NCBI GenBank assembly: GCA_903864935.1
Contig: CAIPHT010000004.1
Span: 1 to 42,721, forward strand
Direction: 5' to 3'
Source: Candidatus Vogelbacteria bacterium
GTDB lineage: Bacteria > Patescibacteriota > Minisyncoccia > Phycocordibacterales > XYD1-FULL-46-19
Length of the DNA stretch: 42,721 bases
Under the pieces are notes generated by a model that was not told where the DNA came from, did no database searches, and saw only the letters and a program-made list of their open reading frames with translations. The position numbers and the translations under genes were made by a program. This document shows positions 8,442 to 16,694 of the stretch, in pieces (position 1 is the first letter of the stretch; every line of letters starts with the position of its first letter).

Positions 8442-9890
8442 ATGGCTGGCGAAACAATTATCAATTTTGACCAAGTGTCCTTCAAATATGGACATAACCA
8501 CCCCATCTTAGATGAGGTGGACTTTTCGGTGCGCCGAGGGACTAAGATTACTCTCATGGGGCAGAACGGGGCAGGCAAGAGCACCATCTTCCAACTCTTG
8601 ACCGGAGTCGCGAGACCCGATGAGGGGATTATTAATGTCTCAGAAAAAATCAGTATCGCGACGGCCCGCCAAGTGATCCCGCGCGACCAGTTGGAACTCA
8701 CTGTACGCGAATTCTTCCAAAAATGTTTTAAGCAAAAAGTTTATGATATTGATCCCCGGATTGATGCGGTCTTAGAGACCGTCAATCTTAGCGCTCCTCA
8801 CGACCGCTTGGTAAAATCTTTTTCTGGTGGACAGCAGGCGCGCTTGCTCTTGGCGGGGGCCTTAATTCAAGATCCCGACCTCTTGCTTCTAGATGAGCCG
8901 ACTAATAATCTCGATAAGGCTGGTATTGCTCACCTGACTGACTTTCTCAAAAATTATGAGAAGACTTGTATTGTAATCTCGCACGATGCTGATTTCTTAA
9001 ACGCTTTTACCGATGGCATTCTCTACCTCGATGTCTTCACTAAGAAGGTTGAGCAATACGCTGGCAATTATTTTGATGTGGTTAAACAAATCACGGCCAA
9101 GATTGAGAAAGATAATGCCAAGAATGCTCAACTCTCTAAGACCATTCAAGAGAAAAAAGATAAGGCCAATTTCTTTGCCAATAAGGGTGGTAAGATGCGT
9201 ATCCTGGCCAAGCGTATGCGTGACTTGGCTGAAGAGATGGAGGAAGACAAGGCCGATATCCGCCGTGAGGACAAAACCATTAAACCTTTTATTATCCCGG
9301 CTCAAGCCGATTTGTCTGGTGAGATTCTTAATATCAGTTCGTGCTCGGTGATTAAGAATCATAAATCAACGACAAGGAAGGTGAATATTTCGCTTAAGAA
9401 AAATCAGCACCTACTTTTGTCTGGTCCGAATGGGATTGGGAAGAGCACTTTGCTTGAAGCGATTGCTAGTGGCGAGTCTAAGGGCTCGGTGATTGCCCCA
9501 GGGATAAAGGTTGGTTATTACCGTCAAGATTTCTCGACTCTAAATTTCGAAGACACTGTGAGGGAGTCTTTGCTCTCGGTGATGACAGAACAGATTGAGG
9601 AGAGACTGCGCGCTACAGCGGCCAGTTTCTTGATTGGAGCGGACCTAATTAATTCTAAAATTGGCAATTTGTCTGAAGGGCAAAAAGGTCTCGTGGCCTT
9701 TGCTCGACTTGTTTTGCAAAAGCCCGGTCTTCTTATTCTTGATGAGCCAACTAATCACATTAACTTCCGTCATTTACCGGTTATTGCCGAGGCACTTAAT
9801 AAATATCAGGGTGCGATGATTCTCGTTAGCCACGTGCCCGAATTCGTGGCCCAGATTCGCATTGATGAGACCCTTGATTTGGGGAAATAG
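8442..9890 (+). CDS. ABC-F family ATPase
   Basis: Two NBDs (GQNGAGKST/FSGGQQ/LLLLDEPTNNLD and GPNGIGKST/LSEGQK/LILDEPTNH) and no TM domain. Confidence 0.93.
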   Translation: MAGETIINFDQVSFKYGHNHPILDEVDFSVRRGTKITLMGQNGAGKSTIFQLLTGVARPDEGIINVSEKISIATARQVIPRDQLELTVREFFQKCFKQKVYDIDPRIDAVLETVNLSAPHDRLVKSFSGGQQARLLLAGALIQDPDLLLLDEPTNNLDKAGIAHLTDFLKNYEKTCIVISHDADFLNAFTDGILYLDVFTKKVEQYAGNYFDVVKQITAKIEKDNAKNAQLSKTIQEKKDKANFFANKGGKMRILAKRMRDLAEEMEEDKADIRREDKTIKPFIIPAQADLSGEILNISSCSVIKNHKSTTRKVNISLKKNQHLLLSGPNGIGKSTLLEAIASGESKGSVIAPGIKVGYYRQDFSTLNFEDTVRESLLSVMTEQIEERLRATAASFLIGADLINSKIGNLSEGQKGLVAFARLVLQKPGLLILDEPTNHINFRHLPVIAEALNKYQGAMILVSHVPEFVAQIRIDETLDLGK

Positions 9891-10006
9891 AATCCGTTGA
9901 CTTGTTGGCAGATGTATCCTATACTAGGGGTAACAAAAGTTGCTATCTAAACAAGTCGATTTATATATCTCTATTGTACATTATCAAGTTTAAGCCAAAC
10001 AATTAA

Positions 10007-10204
10007 ATGACTGGTACTATCAAAAGACTCACCCCCAACGGTTTTGGTTTCATCGGAGTTGAAGGTATGGAGAAGGATCTCTTCTTCCATAGCAATGCTC
10101 TTGTTGGCGTTACCTTCGAAGAGCTTCGTGAAGGTGATCTCCTCAGCTTTGAAACTGAGCAAACCCAGAAGGGTCCTAATGCTGTCAACGTTCAGCGTGC
10201 CTAA
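10007..10204 (+). CDS. Cold-shock domain protein
   Basis: GFGFI (RNP1), DLFFH (RNP2), KGPNAVNV. Confidence 0.95.
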   Translation: MTGTIKRLTPNGFGFIGVEGMEKDLFFHSNALVGVTFEELREGDLLSFETEQTQKGPNAVNVQRA

Positions 10205-10224
10205 ACGTTCTCGTTGATTTCAGT

Positions 10225-10261
10225 GCAAAAACCCCGCGCCTAACCGGCGCGGGGTTTTTGC
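10225..10261 (+). terminator. Intrinsic terminator (bidirectional type)
   Basis: gcaaaaaccccgcgcc-taacc-ggcgcggggtttttgc. Confidence 0.85.
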
Positions 10262-10366
10262 TTGACCCACTTTCTCTCTGGTGTTATGACTAAGAAGGAA
10301 TTGTCGTCAGCTTGTTGCTGACTTGAAATATCCAAACTCAAACCCTAAGGGGAAAGGAAATAAGCC
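10262..10366 (+). promoter_or_regulatory. Shared promoter/leader block, copy A (diverged)
   Basis: TTGAC..TGGTGTTATGACTAAG..GAATTG..gtcagc-ttgtt-gctgac-TTGAAATAT..aaaccc..GGAAAGGA; homologous to 14657-14760 and 15816-15919. Confidence 0.8.
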
Positions 10367-11080
10367 ATGGAACTTTTTGTTGAGTTGTCGGGTCTGGGGC
10401 ACTATGGTGTCTGCACTATTGTCCCGCCGGACCTTCTTCGTGCGCTTCGAGACATGATTGAGAATTCTGCTCATGCGGCGAAATTCAAAAGCTCAATCAG
10501 CGAGACTGGCCCCTTCGGTGTCGACGAAGCTCTCCGCCCCAACTTCTATGGGGACAAGGAAGAAGCTCTTAAGGTGATCTGGATTCCGGGGAAACTTGAG
10601 GGGGCCATGCTTTCGCACGAGATCTTGAGGCAGTGCGCTTCTCTGCTCGAACCTCAGTCTCCGCTGCCGGTTGATGACAAGACCTTGACTTTGGAGGTCG
10701 CCGTGGGGAGGTCTGGTAGTGATGGCTGGTATGTTCACGCTCGTTTCAGCGCTCCTGTCTGGGACGTGATCGAGGGACCCTTTTTCCCAGAGATCCTACC
10801 TCACATCAATCGGGAAATTCGTGACTGGTGGGAGGACTATAATGGGTGGAGGGGAAAGCGTGAGTGCACGACCCTCTTCAAAGGGAGAGATGGTCCGACT
10901 TTGCAAATCTACCAATCCTCTGGTAATGGCTTGTGGATCGCTGGCAGCCGGAAGGATCGGGAACTTGGCCAAGAATTCCAGTTCTACGACCATAACACCG
11001 ATTACCATGCACAGGCCTTTGCCCACATTATTGGCCTGTGCTTCGTCTTGAAACACTGCCGACAGTCTGTCGGTGCCTGA
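10367..11080 (+). CDS. Orphan hypothetical protein
   Basis: 237-aa ORF with SD, own promoter block and downstream hairpin; no family recognised. Confidence 0.75.
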   Translation: MELFVELSGLGHYGVCTIVPPDLLRALRDMIENSAHAAKFKSSISETGPFGVDEALRPNFYGDKEEALKVIWIPGKLEGAMLSHEILRQCASLLEPQSPLPVDDKTLTLEVAVGRSGSDGWYVHARFSAPVWDVIEGPFFPEILPHINREIRDWWEDYNGWRGKRECTTLFKGRDGPTLQIYQSSGNGLWIAGSRKDRELGQEFQFYDHNTDYHAQAFAHIIGLCFVLKHCRQSVGA

Positions 11081-11183
11081 GTTTGGTCCTGGCCCGCCCT
11101 CGCCTCCGGCGAAGGCGGGCCTTCTTTTTTTATGCTACAATTCACCCTGTGGAGTAGTTTGCTATACTCCACAGGGTAAACAC

Positions 11184-12440
11184 ATGAACAAAAATTCAGG
11201 AAATTATGATGTTATTGTGATTGGGGGTGGTCCCTCAGGGATGATGGCGGCGGGGCGAGCGGGCGAGCGCGGGCTCAAGGTTCTTCTCTTGGAAAAAAAT
11301 CGCGGGCTTGGCGACAAGCTCAAGATTACCGGTGGTGGCCGTTGCAATATTACCAACGCGGAGATGGATAAGGAAATTTTGCTCCGGCATTATGGTGCGA
11401 GCAAAGATTTTCTTCATTCGGCTTTTGCCCAATATGGCGTAGAGGATACTTTTAAATTTTTTGAAGCACGGGGTTTGCCTTTGGTGATTGAAGCGAGGAA
11501 ACGCGCTTTTCCTAAAACGCAACGCGCCGAAGATGTCTTCAAAGTGCTCGAAAAATATTTAAGTGACAATAATGTGGTAGTAAAAACTGGGGTGAGAGTC
11601 TCAGAGATTAGGCCTGGTGAAGGTAAGATTAAATCTGTCGTGGCTGGTGGTGTCGAATATGAAGCGCGAGCCGTCGTGCTTGCCACGGGTGGCTTATCGC
11701 ATCCAGAGACGGGGGCGACGGGCGATGGCTTCTCGTGGCTCACGCGGCTTGGCCACACTGTTAAACAGCCGACCCCTGATATCGTACCTTTGGCTGTCAA
11801 AGAGAAATGGGTTAAAGATCTCTCGGGACTTTCGCTGTCATTTATGAAAATTACTTTTTTCTTGGATAAGAAGAAGACTTTTTCTAAAACTGGCAAAATT
11901 CTCTTCACTCATTTTGGTCTCTCGGGGCCTTTGATTATGAATAGCGCTCGAGCGGTTAAAGATTTGCTTAAGGCTGGGGTGGTGACCGCCGAGATAGATA
12001 CTTATCCGGATACCGATTTGGGCGCGTTAGAAAAAAATATGATCAAAATTTTTGATCAGAATAAAAATCGCGATCTCAAAAATATTATGAAAGAGCTCAC
12101 GCCCGAGGGTCTGGACGAGACCGTAATGGTCCTGCTTAAAAATATTGATTTCAATAAGAAGGTGCACAGTGTGACAGTGGAGGAGAGAAAGCAACTTACT
12201 CACTTGCTCAAAGCCTTACCGCTCACCATCACCGGCCTCCTGGGCTTCGAGCGCGCCGTCGTCTCGGATGGGGGAGTAATGCTCACCGAGATGGATATGC
12301 GCACCATGCAATCTAAGCTTTTTAGTAATTTATACATTACCGGAGACCTTCTTAATATCACTCGCCCGTCGGGCGGTTATTCGCTCCAACTCTGCTGGAC
12401 GACCGGTTTTGTCGCGGGGGATAAGCTCTTGCCTAGCTAA
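11184..12440 (+). CDS. HI0933/YhiN/BaiN-family NAD(P)/FAD flavoprotein
   Basis: GGGPSG, KITGGGRCNITN, ATGGLSHPETGATGDG, LFTHFGLSGP, GGYSLQ. Confidence 0.93.
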   Translation: MNKNSGNYDVIVIGGGPSGMMAAGRAGERGLKVLLLEKNRGLGDKLKITGGGRCNITNAEMDKEILLRHYGASKDFLHSAFAQYGVEDTFKFFEARGLPLVIEARKRAFPKTQRAEDVFKVLEKYLSDNNVVVKTGVRVSEIRPGEGKIKSVVAGGVEYEARAVVLATGGLSHPETGATGDGFSWLTRLGHTVKQPTPDIVPLAVKEKWVKDLSGLSLSFMKITFFLDKKKTFSKTGKILFTHFGLSGPLIMNSARAVKDLLKAGVVTAEIDTYPDTDLGALEKNMIKIFDQNKNRDLKNIMKELTPEGLDETVMVLLKNIDFNKKVHSVTVEERKQLTHLLKALPLTITGLLGFERAVVSDGGVMLTEMDMRTMQSKLFSNLYITGDLLNITRPSGGYSLQLCWTTGFVAGDKLLPS

Positions 12441-12502
12441 TTTGGGCAGTATCTGGTATAATTAGGGTATATTAGTAATTAACAATATTTTAATAAAGTA
12501 TT

Positions 12503-12757
12503 ATGGCTACAACTAATTCAGCTTTCATGAAGCCTATGACCATCAGCGAAGAACTCGCCGAGGTTGTTGGTAAGGGTCCAATGCCTCGTTCAGAGGTTGT
12601 TAAGGCTCTTTGGGTCTATATTAAGAAGCACGATCTTCAGGATCCTAAGAACAAGCGCAATATTGTTGCTGACGATAAGCTTAAGGCCGTCTTCGGTGGC
12701 AAGGATGTCGTCAACATGTTTGAGATGACCAAGCTCGTCTCCAAGCACCTTTCCTAA
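12503..12757 (+). CDS. Stand-alone SWIB/MDM2-domain protein
   Basis: SEELAEVVG...PRSEVVKALWVYIKKHDLQDPKNKRNIVADDKLKAVFG. Confidence 0.93.
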   Translation: MATTNSAFMKPMTISEELAEVVGKGPMPRSEVVKALWVYIKKHDLQDPKNKRNIVADDKLKAVFGGKDVVNMFEMTKLVSKHLS

Positions 12758-12764
12758 GATATTT

Positions 12765-12808
12765 AAACAAAACCCCGCGGCGCTTTTGCGTCGCGGGGTT
12801 TTGTTTTT
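12765..12808 (+). terminator. Intrinsic terminator
   Basis: aaacaaaaccccgcggcgc-tttt-gcgtcgcggggttttgttt. Confidence 0.85.
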
Positions 12809-12824
12809 ATCAAGAATGCCCAAC

Positions 12825-12863
12825 ATCAAAAATGTGCAACACCGAGTGTTGCACATTTTTGAT
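12825..12863. repeat. Palindromic junction repeat, copy 1 (REP-like)
   Basis: atcaaaaatgtgcaacac-cga-gtgttgcacatttttgat with 18-bp perfect arms; abuts TTGACT. Confidence 0.9.
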
Positions 12864-12998
12864 TGACTTTATTTGTCGAACGGGGCAATCTGATAATGGA
12901 AACTAGGTCCGTGGACTGCTACATAAGCATCTTCTTACTTGGCAAGGGGTGTGATGCCATTCGGGCGTGTGTAGATAAGCGGATACAGGAGAATTGAC

Positions 12999-13715
12999 AT
13001 GAGAGTAGAGTTCCACCAGAGGGCGAATAGTTACGATGCCGCCAGAGCGGCAAGATCGGCAATCTCAAGGCACTTCCTTCAAGAGATTAAGCGCTCTGAT
13101 GAGCCGGGCGCAACGGGGAAAATTCGTCTTGGATCTATCGATGGAGTCTCGCTTGGAGAAGACTTTCCCCAATTGAAGGGCTGGAGCAGTGGACTTCAAT
13201 CAGTGATGGCGAGCTTTGCCGATCTTAAGAGTGGCCTAATGAACAGTTCTTTGGATTTGGTCATCGAGCACAATGGTCATCAGCCTGTCGCTATTGGAGG
13301 ATCCTTCTTCCTTCGTGTTCCTTTCGGTGACGGTATTTTTCTTGAAGTGAATTTTAGGGAAGAGCTTGATGGCTCGTGTGCTGACCCGATGGAAATTCTG
13401 GGACCGCCAACGTCAGAGAATCTCACTCTTTCTCGAGTTCTCATGGCTGGGCAGAGGAAGTTGACGGTCGTTGAGCCTAAGTTTCCAGACAGCGATTGCC
13501 GGTCCATGGCGAGCGCCTTGACTCGATCCTTGCAGAAGAGACAGGGATACTATGGCTGGGAGAAAGAGGGCACTCTTGATGGCCAGGATCTTCATTCCGA
13601 GCTTCCCCTCCGGGCAGCGAGGCTTGAGCTGACCCTGGTCGAAGAAGGGTTCCACTTCACCCACGGGACTCTCGGCCCGACATTGCGTCACCTGGCCGAG
13701 CAGTACCTGACCTAG
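12999..13715 (+). CDS. Orphan hypothetical protein
   Basis: 238-aa ORF, SD AGGAG, long leader, own terminator; no family recognised. Confidence 0.75.
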   Translation: MRVEFHQRANSYDAARAARSAISRHFLQEIKRSDEPGATGKIRLGSIDGVSLGEDFPQLKGWSSGLQSVMASFADLKSGLMNSSLDLVIEHNGHQPVAIGGSFFLRVPFGDGIFLEVNFREELDGSCADPMEILGPPTSENLTLSRVLMAGQRKLTVVEPKFPDSDCRSMASALTRSLQKRQGYYGWEKEGTLDGQDLHSELPLRAARLELTLVEEGFHFTHGTLGPTLRHLAEQYLT

Positions 13716-13737
13716 ACGACACCGCTTCATCATAGAG

Positions 13738-13779
13738 AACCGCCCCACTAGGGCCTCTCTTGGTGGGGCGGTTTTTCTT
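13738..13779 (+). terminator. Intrinsic terminator, related to 306-347
   Basis: aaccgccccactaggg...tcttggtggggcggtt followed by a T tract. Confidence 0.8.
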
Positions 13780-13793
13780 CTGGAAAAAAACAC

Positions 13794-13824
13794 TTGACAA
13801 AAAGATTATCTTAAGATAATCTTT
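13794..13824 (+). promoter_or_regulatory. TA promoter with autoregulatory operator
   Basis: TTGACA-17-TAATCT overlapped by the perfect 24-bp palindrome aaagattatcttaagataatcttt (13801-13824). Confidence 0.8.
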
Positions 13825-13828
13825 AGAT

Positions 13829-14047
13829 ATGACTAAAATAATTGGTTTGAAGGAATTAAGGGAGAACACCGAGACTTATTTGACCCAGGTTAAGAAAGGT
13901 AATAGCTTTTTAGTTTTGCGTCGTTCTGAGCCAATCTTTAAAATCTCACCCGTTGATGAGGCCGAAGAGCTTTGGGAGAAGGTAATCGATTTTACTAAGA
14001 TCAAAAAGGGTGGTGTCTCTCTTGATCAGATTCTTGCCCGACTTTAA
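13829..14047 (+). CDS. Type II antitoxin, Phd/YefM family
   Basis: IIGLKELREN...VKKGNSFLVLRRSEP pattern; immediately upstream of a RelE-like gene. Confidence 0.85.
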   Translation: MTKIIGLKELRENTETYLTQVKKGNSFLVLRRSEPIFKISPVDEAEELWEKVIDFTKIKKGGVSLDQILARL

Positions 14048-14050
14048 TTT

Positions 14051-14293
14051 ATGGATAAAATAAGCAAAGCTCTGGCTAAGTTAACAGAAAAGGAAAAAGA
14101 AGCGATTGCCGAAATTTTTGTAAAAATTAAAGCTGGCAAAATTGCTGGCTTAGATCTTAAGAAACTTAAGGGCTACGATGATATTTATCGCGTGCGTTTT
14201 GGTAAATGGCGAGTGATTTATAGAACAGAAAAAGGGAATAAGATTTTTCTCGTCTGGTTTGAAAGACGAAGCGATAATACTTATAAATTTTAA
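14051..14293 (+). CDS. Type II toxin, RelE/ParE family
   Basis: KKLKGYDDIYRVRFGKWRVIY and C-terminal RRSDNTY. Confidence 0.88.
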   Translation: MDKISKALAKLTEKEKEAIAEIFVKIKAGKIAGLDLKKLKGYDDIYRVRFGKWRVIYRTEKGNKIFLVWFERRSDNTYKF

Positions 14294-14333
14294 TCAAAAA
14301 ATGGCCAACACCGGGTGTTGGCCATTTTTTGAT
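14293..14333. repeat. Palindromic junction repeat, copy 2 (covariant)
   Basis: atcaaaaaatggccaacac-cgg-gtgttggccattttttgat; abuts TAGACA. Confidence 0.9.
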
Positions 14334-14426
14334 AGACACAGGGGATTTTTGTTGTGCTAATAATGGCTCAGGTTTTGGACAAAGAATAGCAATGTCTCAA
14401 ATTCTCTACGGAGAGTAGGTGATTGT

Positions 14427-14570
14427 ATGACAGAGAAAAGATTGACCCCCAAACAACGCAAAGTGGTGATGGCCCTGGACCGGCGCATCTCTCTTTGCGA
14501 CGAGACCACCGTAGGGGAACGCACTCGAGAGCTACTAATCAAGCTCCGCCAACAACTTGCTCTGTCCTGA
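14427..14570 (+). CDS. 47-aa orphan protein (not in the ORF track)
   Basis: MTEKRLTPKQRKVVMALDRRISLCDETTVGERTRELLIKLRQQLALS*; SD AGGTGA upstream and hairpin plus T6 at 14589-14620. Confidence 0.6.
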   Translation: MTEKRLTPKQRKVVMALDRRISLCDETTVGERTRELLIKLRQQLALS

Positions 14571-14622
14571 TACTTCTCAGGACAAATCCACCTCGAGCCA
14601 GACGGCCCGGGGTGTTTTTTAT

Positions 14623-14653
14623 AAAATGTGCAACACCGAGTGTTGCACATTTT
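14623..14653. repeat. Palindromic junction repeat, copy 3
   Basis: aaaatgtgcaacac-cga-gtgttgcacatttt, identical core to copy 1, followed by tgaTTGACC. Confidence 0.9.
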
Positions 14654-14656
14654 TGA

Positions 14657-14760
14657 TTGACCGTTTTTCTTTTTGGTGTTATGACTAAGGCAGAATTGCT
14701 ATCGGCCCAAGGCTGATTTGAAATATATGACCATCTAAACCCAAACCCCCGGAAGGAGGA
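14657..14760 (+). repeat. Shared promoter/leader block, copy B
   Basis: 104 nt with 3 mismatches to 15816-15919. Runs from TTGAC through hairpin atcggc-ccaag-gctgat and TTGAAAT to SD GAAGGAGGA. Confidence 0.95.
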
Positions 14761-14767
14761 TAGACTT

Positions 14768-15757
14768 ATGTTGCCTGATGTTGATGAGAAAAAACAGGCC
14801 TATAGGGCGATTGCCTCGTTACGTTATATCGATTGGGAGACGGTAGTCAAAGCCGCTCAAAAGTTTCTCCCCGAAGAGGAGAGAACCAGTGAGTACCTTC
14901 GCCTCGTTGACGCTGAAGTCTCTGATAGCCATACTCTTGGTCTTTTCAAGACTCTGGCCCTGTTGCCCGAAGCGGAACGGGTGGTAAAAGTCAAAGAGCT
15001 CATCCAGAACCCTCGACTTGTTAACCATATAGCTGAGCTGATTAATCTTCTGCCCGAGGCAGAGAAAGCCAATGAGAACAAACGACTGTTCGACTCTTAT
15101 CTCGCTAATGGCCACCTGTCTTCGGCTCAAGAGCTTGGTCGGGCAATTGGTCGGAATCTTACAGACAAGGATGTTCTTTTTGTCATTGAGGAAGCAAAAA
15201 GGTACCACTACGGCGAAGTCTATATGGCCAAGGCACTGGACTTTCTCTCGGAGCCTTCACGAAGCGAAGAACTGAACAAGCTTTTGGTGGGGATGATAAC
15301 CAAGAGCTCCCCCAAAGCGATCTTGGAAGTTGCCCTGATCGTTGGGCACGACCTTACCGATAAAGAAAAGGAGCTCATTCTCGAAAGCTGTCTCTCTCGG
15401 TCAGCGCTTTCTTATTCCAAGGAAGCCGCCAAACTTCTTGGCCGGGAATTAACGTTACTAGAGGTGGAGAGAATCTTTGAGGGCCAACTTGTCGTTCCTC
15501 ATTGCCTCGAGCTTGCTCTTGGCACCGCCCAAATTCTCCCCGAACCGAACAGGACCATTTGTCGGGAGAAAATCTTGGCAAGGGCTCTTCAAACGGAGAA
15601 TTACTTTGATTCGGTACAAAAAATAGTCAAAGTAATTGGCCGGGAATTGACACGACCAGAGCTTCTCGCTTTTCTTGAACGGATATCTGGCGAAGAGACG
15701 TATCGACAATCTTCTGTGGCCACCGTTGTCAACGAACTCCTAAAGGGAACTGACTGA
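14768..15757 (+). CDS. Orphan alpha-helical repeat protein
   Basis: Recurring LPE..R and (I/V/L)G(R/H).LT..(E/D) motifs; strong SD. Confidence 0.8.
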   Translation: MLPDVDEKKQAYRAIASLRYIDWETVVKAAQKFLPEEERTSEYLRLVDAEVSDSHTLGLFKTLALLPEAERVVKVKELIQNPRLVNHIAELINLLPEAEKANENKRLFDSYLANGHLSSAQELGRAIGRNLTDKDVLFVIEEAKRYHYGEVYMAKALDFLSEPSRSEELNKLLVGMITKSSPKAILEVALIVGHDLTDKEKELILESCLSRSALSYSKEAAKLLGRELTLLEVERIFEGQLVVPHCLELALGTAQILPEPNRTICREKILARALQTENYFDSVQKIVKVIGRELTRPELLAFLERISGEETYRQSSVATVVNELLKGTD

Positions 15758-15778
15758 CCCCCCCACCAAGAACAAAGA

Positions 15779-15817
15779 GGCCCCGCCTCGAAGTTTGAGG
15801 TGGGGTTTCTTTTTTTT
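15779..15817 (+). terminator. Intrinsic terminator
   Basis: ggccccgcctcga-agt-ttgaggtggggtt; the T tract runs into the next TTGAC. Confidence 0.85.
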
Positions 15818-15919
15818 GACTCTTTTTCTTTTTGGTGTTATGACTAAGACAGAATTGCTATCGGCCCAAGGCTGATTTGAAATATATGACCATCTAAACC
15901 CAAACCCCCGGAAGGAGGA
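15816..15919 (+). repeat. Shared promoter/leader block, copy C
   Basis: Near-identical to 14657-14760; identity stops right after the SD. Confidence 0.95.
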
Positions 15920-15926
15920 AGAAGAT

Positions 15927-16622
15927 ATGAATTTCGCCAGTGGCGCTATTACGCCTGGGTACTACTATTTGTATATGCCCAATACCTTGAGACGCTTGCG
16001 TCTTGAGATGGATGCTGACGGCATTGCTGCCGATGAGATTTTGGATCACACAAGCCCTGATATGTTTTGTGGCAGGGAGTATCCTCACTCGAGAAACCTT
16101 GATCTCGGCAACGACCAATTTGGGCAGAGCCTGTCGCCGGAACTTTCTGCCTCCGTTTGCAAAATGACCGAGCTCTTGAAGTTCGATGGTGCCAGGTGGT
16201 TCAGTCTTCACGCTCATTACTCCTTGTTCCCGGAGCTTGCCGAGTATCTAGTCCCCGAGCTGCTCTATGGGGAAGATGATCGTATTGATGAGGAGAGACA
16301 GCGGATGAAAAAAGAACTAAAGAAAAAGAAGTTCTCACGTCGCTCCGTGAAGATGCCCTTCCAAGAGCTTGATGAAGATTTTGGCTATCAGGATTACGCT
16401 TGTGATAACCCTGGTCGAACCATTCTTGAGCGGTTGAATTACGAACTTTGGGAAGGACGGTCACGCTTCGGGCAGGTCAATTCTCGCGAGATCCACTCAA
16501 TGGCCACGCCCTATCAGGTCGTCGAGTTCAAGAAGCTCGTCTTAGACGGCTATTTAAAAGAGTGCGAAGCAGCATCTCTTCTATCGAACGCCGGATTTCT
16601 TGAAGTTATTGAGAGCTTCTGA
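15927..16622 (+). CDS. Orphan hypothetical protein
   Basis: 231-aa ORF, strong SD, no visible similarity to 14768-15757. Confidence 0.75.
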   Translation: MNFASGAITPGYYYLYMPNTLRRLRLEMDADGIAADEILDHTSPDMFCGREYPHSRNLDLGNDQFGQSLSPELSASVCKMTELLKFDGARWFSLHAHYSLFPELAEYLVPELLYGEDDRIDEERQRMKKELKKKKFSRRSVKMPFQELDEDFGYQDYACDNPGRTILERLNYELWEGRSRFGQVNSREIHSMATPYQVVEFKKLVLDGYLKECEAASLLSNAGFLEVIESF

Positions 16623-16646
16623 CTATTTTCATGGCTACACAACAAA

Positions 16647-16692
16647 CCCCGTCGCGCGCATGCGCGACGGGGTGTTTCTTTTTATTTTTTTT
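16647..16692. terminator. Terminator between convergent genes
   Basis: ccccgtcgcgc-gcat-gcgcgacgggg followed by a T-rich tract. Confidence 0.8.
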
Positions 16693-16694
16693 GA

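Noticed and set aside
12825-14653. Canonical integron attC sites
   Set aside because: AAC...GTT is present but only 7 nt apart in perfect 31-41-bp palindromes without extrahelical bases; no IntI in the window.
14357-14656. ORFs 14357-14650 (-) and 14423-14656 (+), and 12590-12856 (-)
   Set aside because: They start or end inside the palindromic repeat; 14427-14570 has the SD and terminator.
12825-15919. CRISPR array from the repeated palindromes or 104-nt repeats
   Set aside because: Spacing is hundreds to thousands of nt and contains whole genes; no cas genes are present.
14657-15919. Diversity-generating retroelement TR/VR pair
   Set aside because: Both copies are non-coding upstream regions, mismatches are not adenine-specific, and no reverse transcriptase is present.
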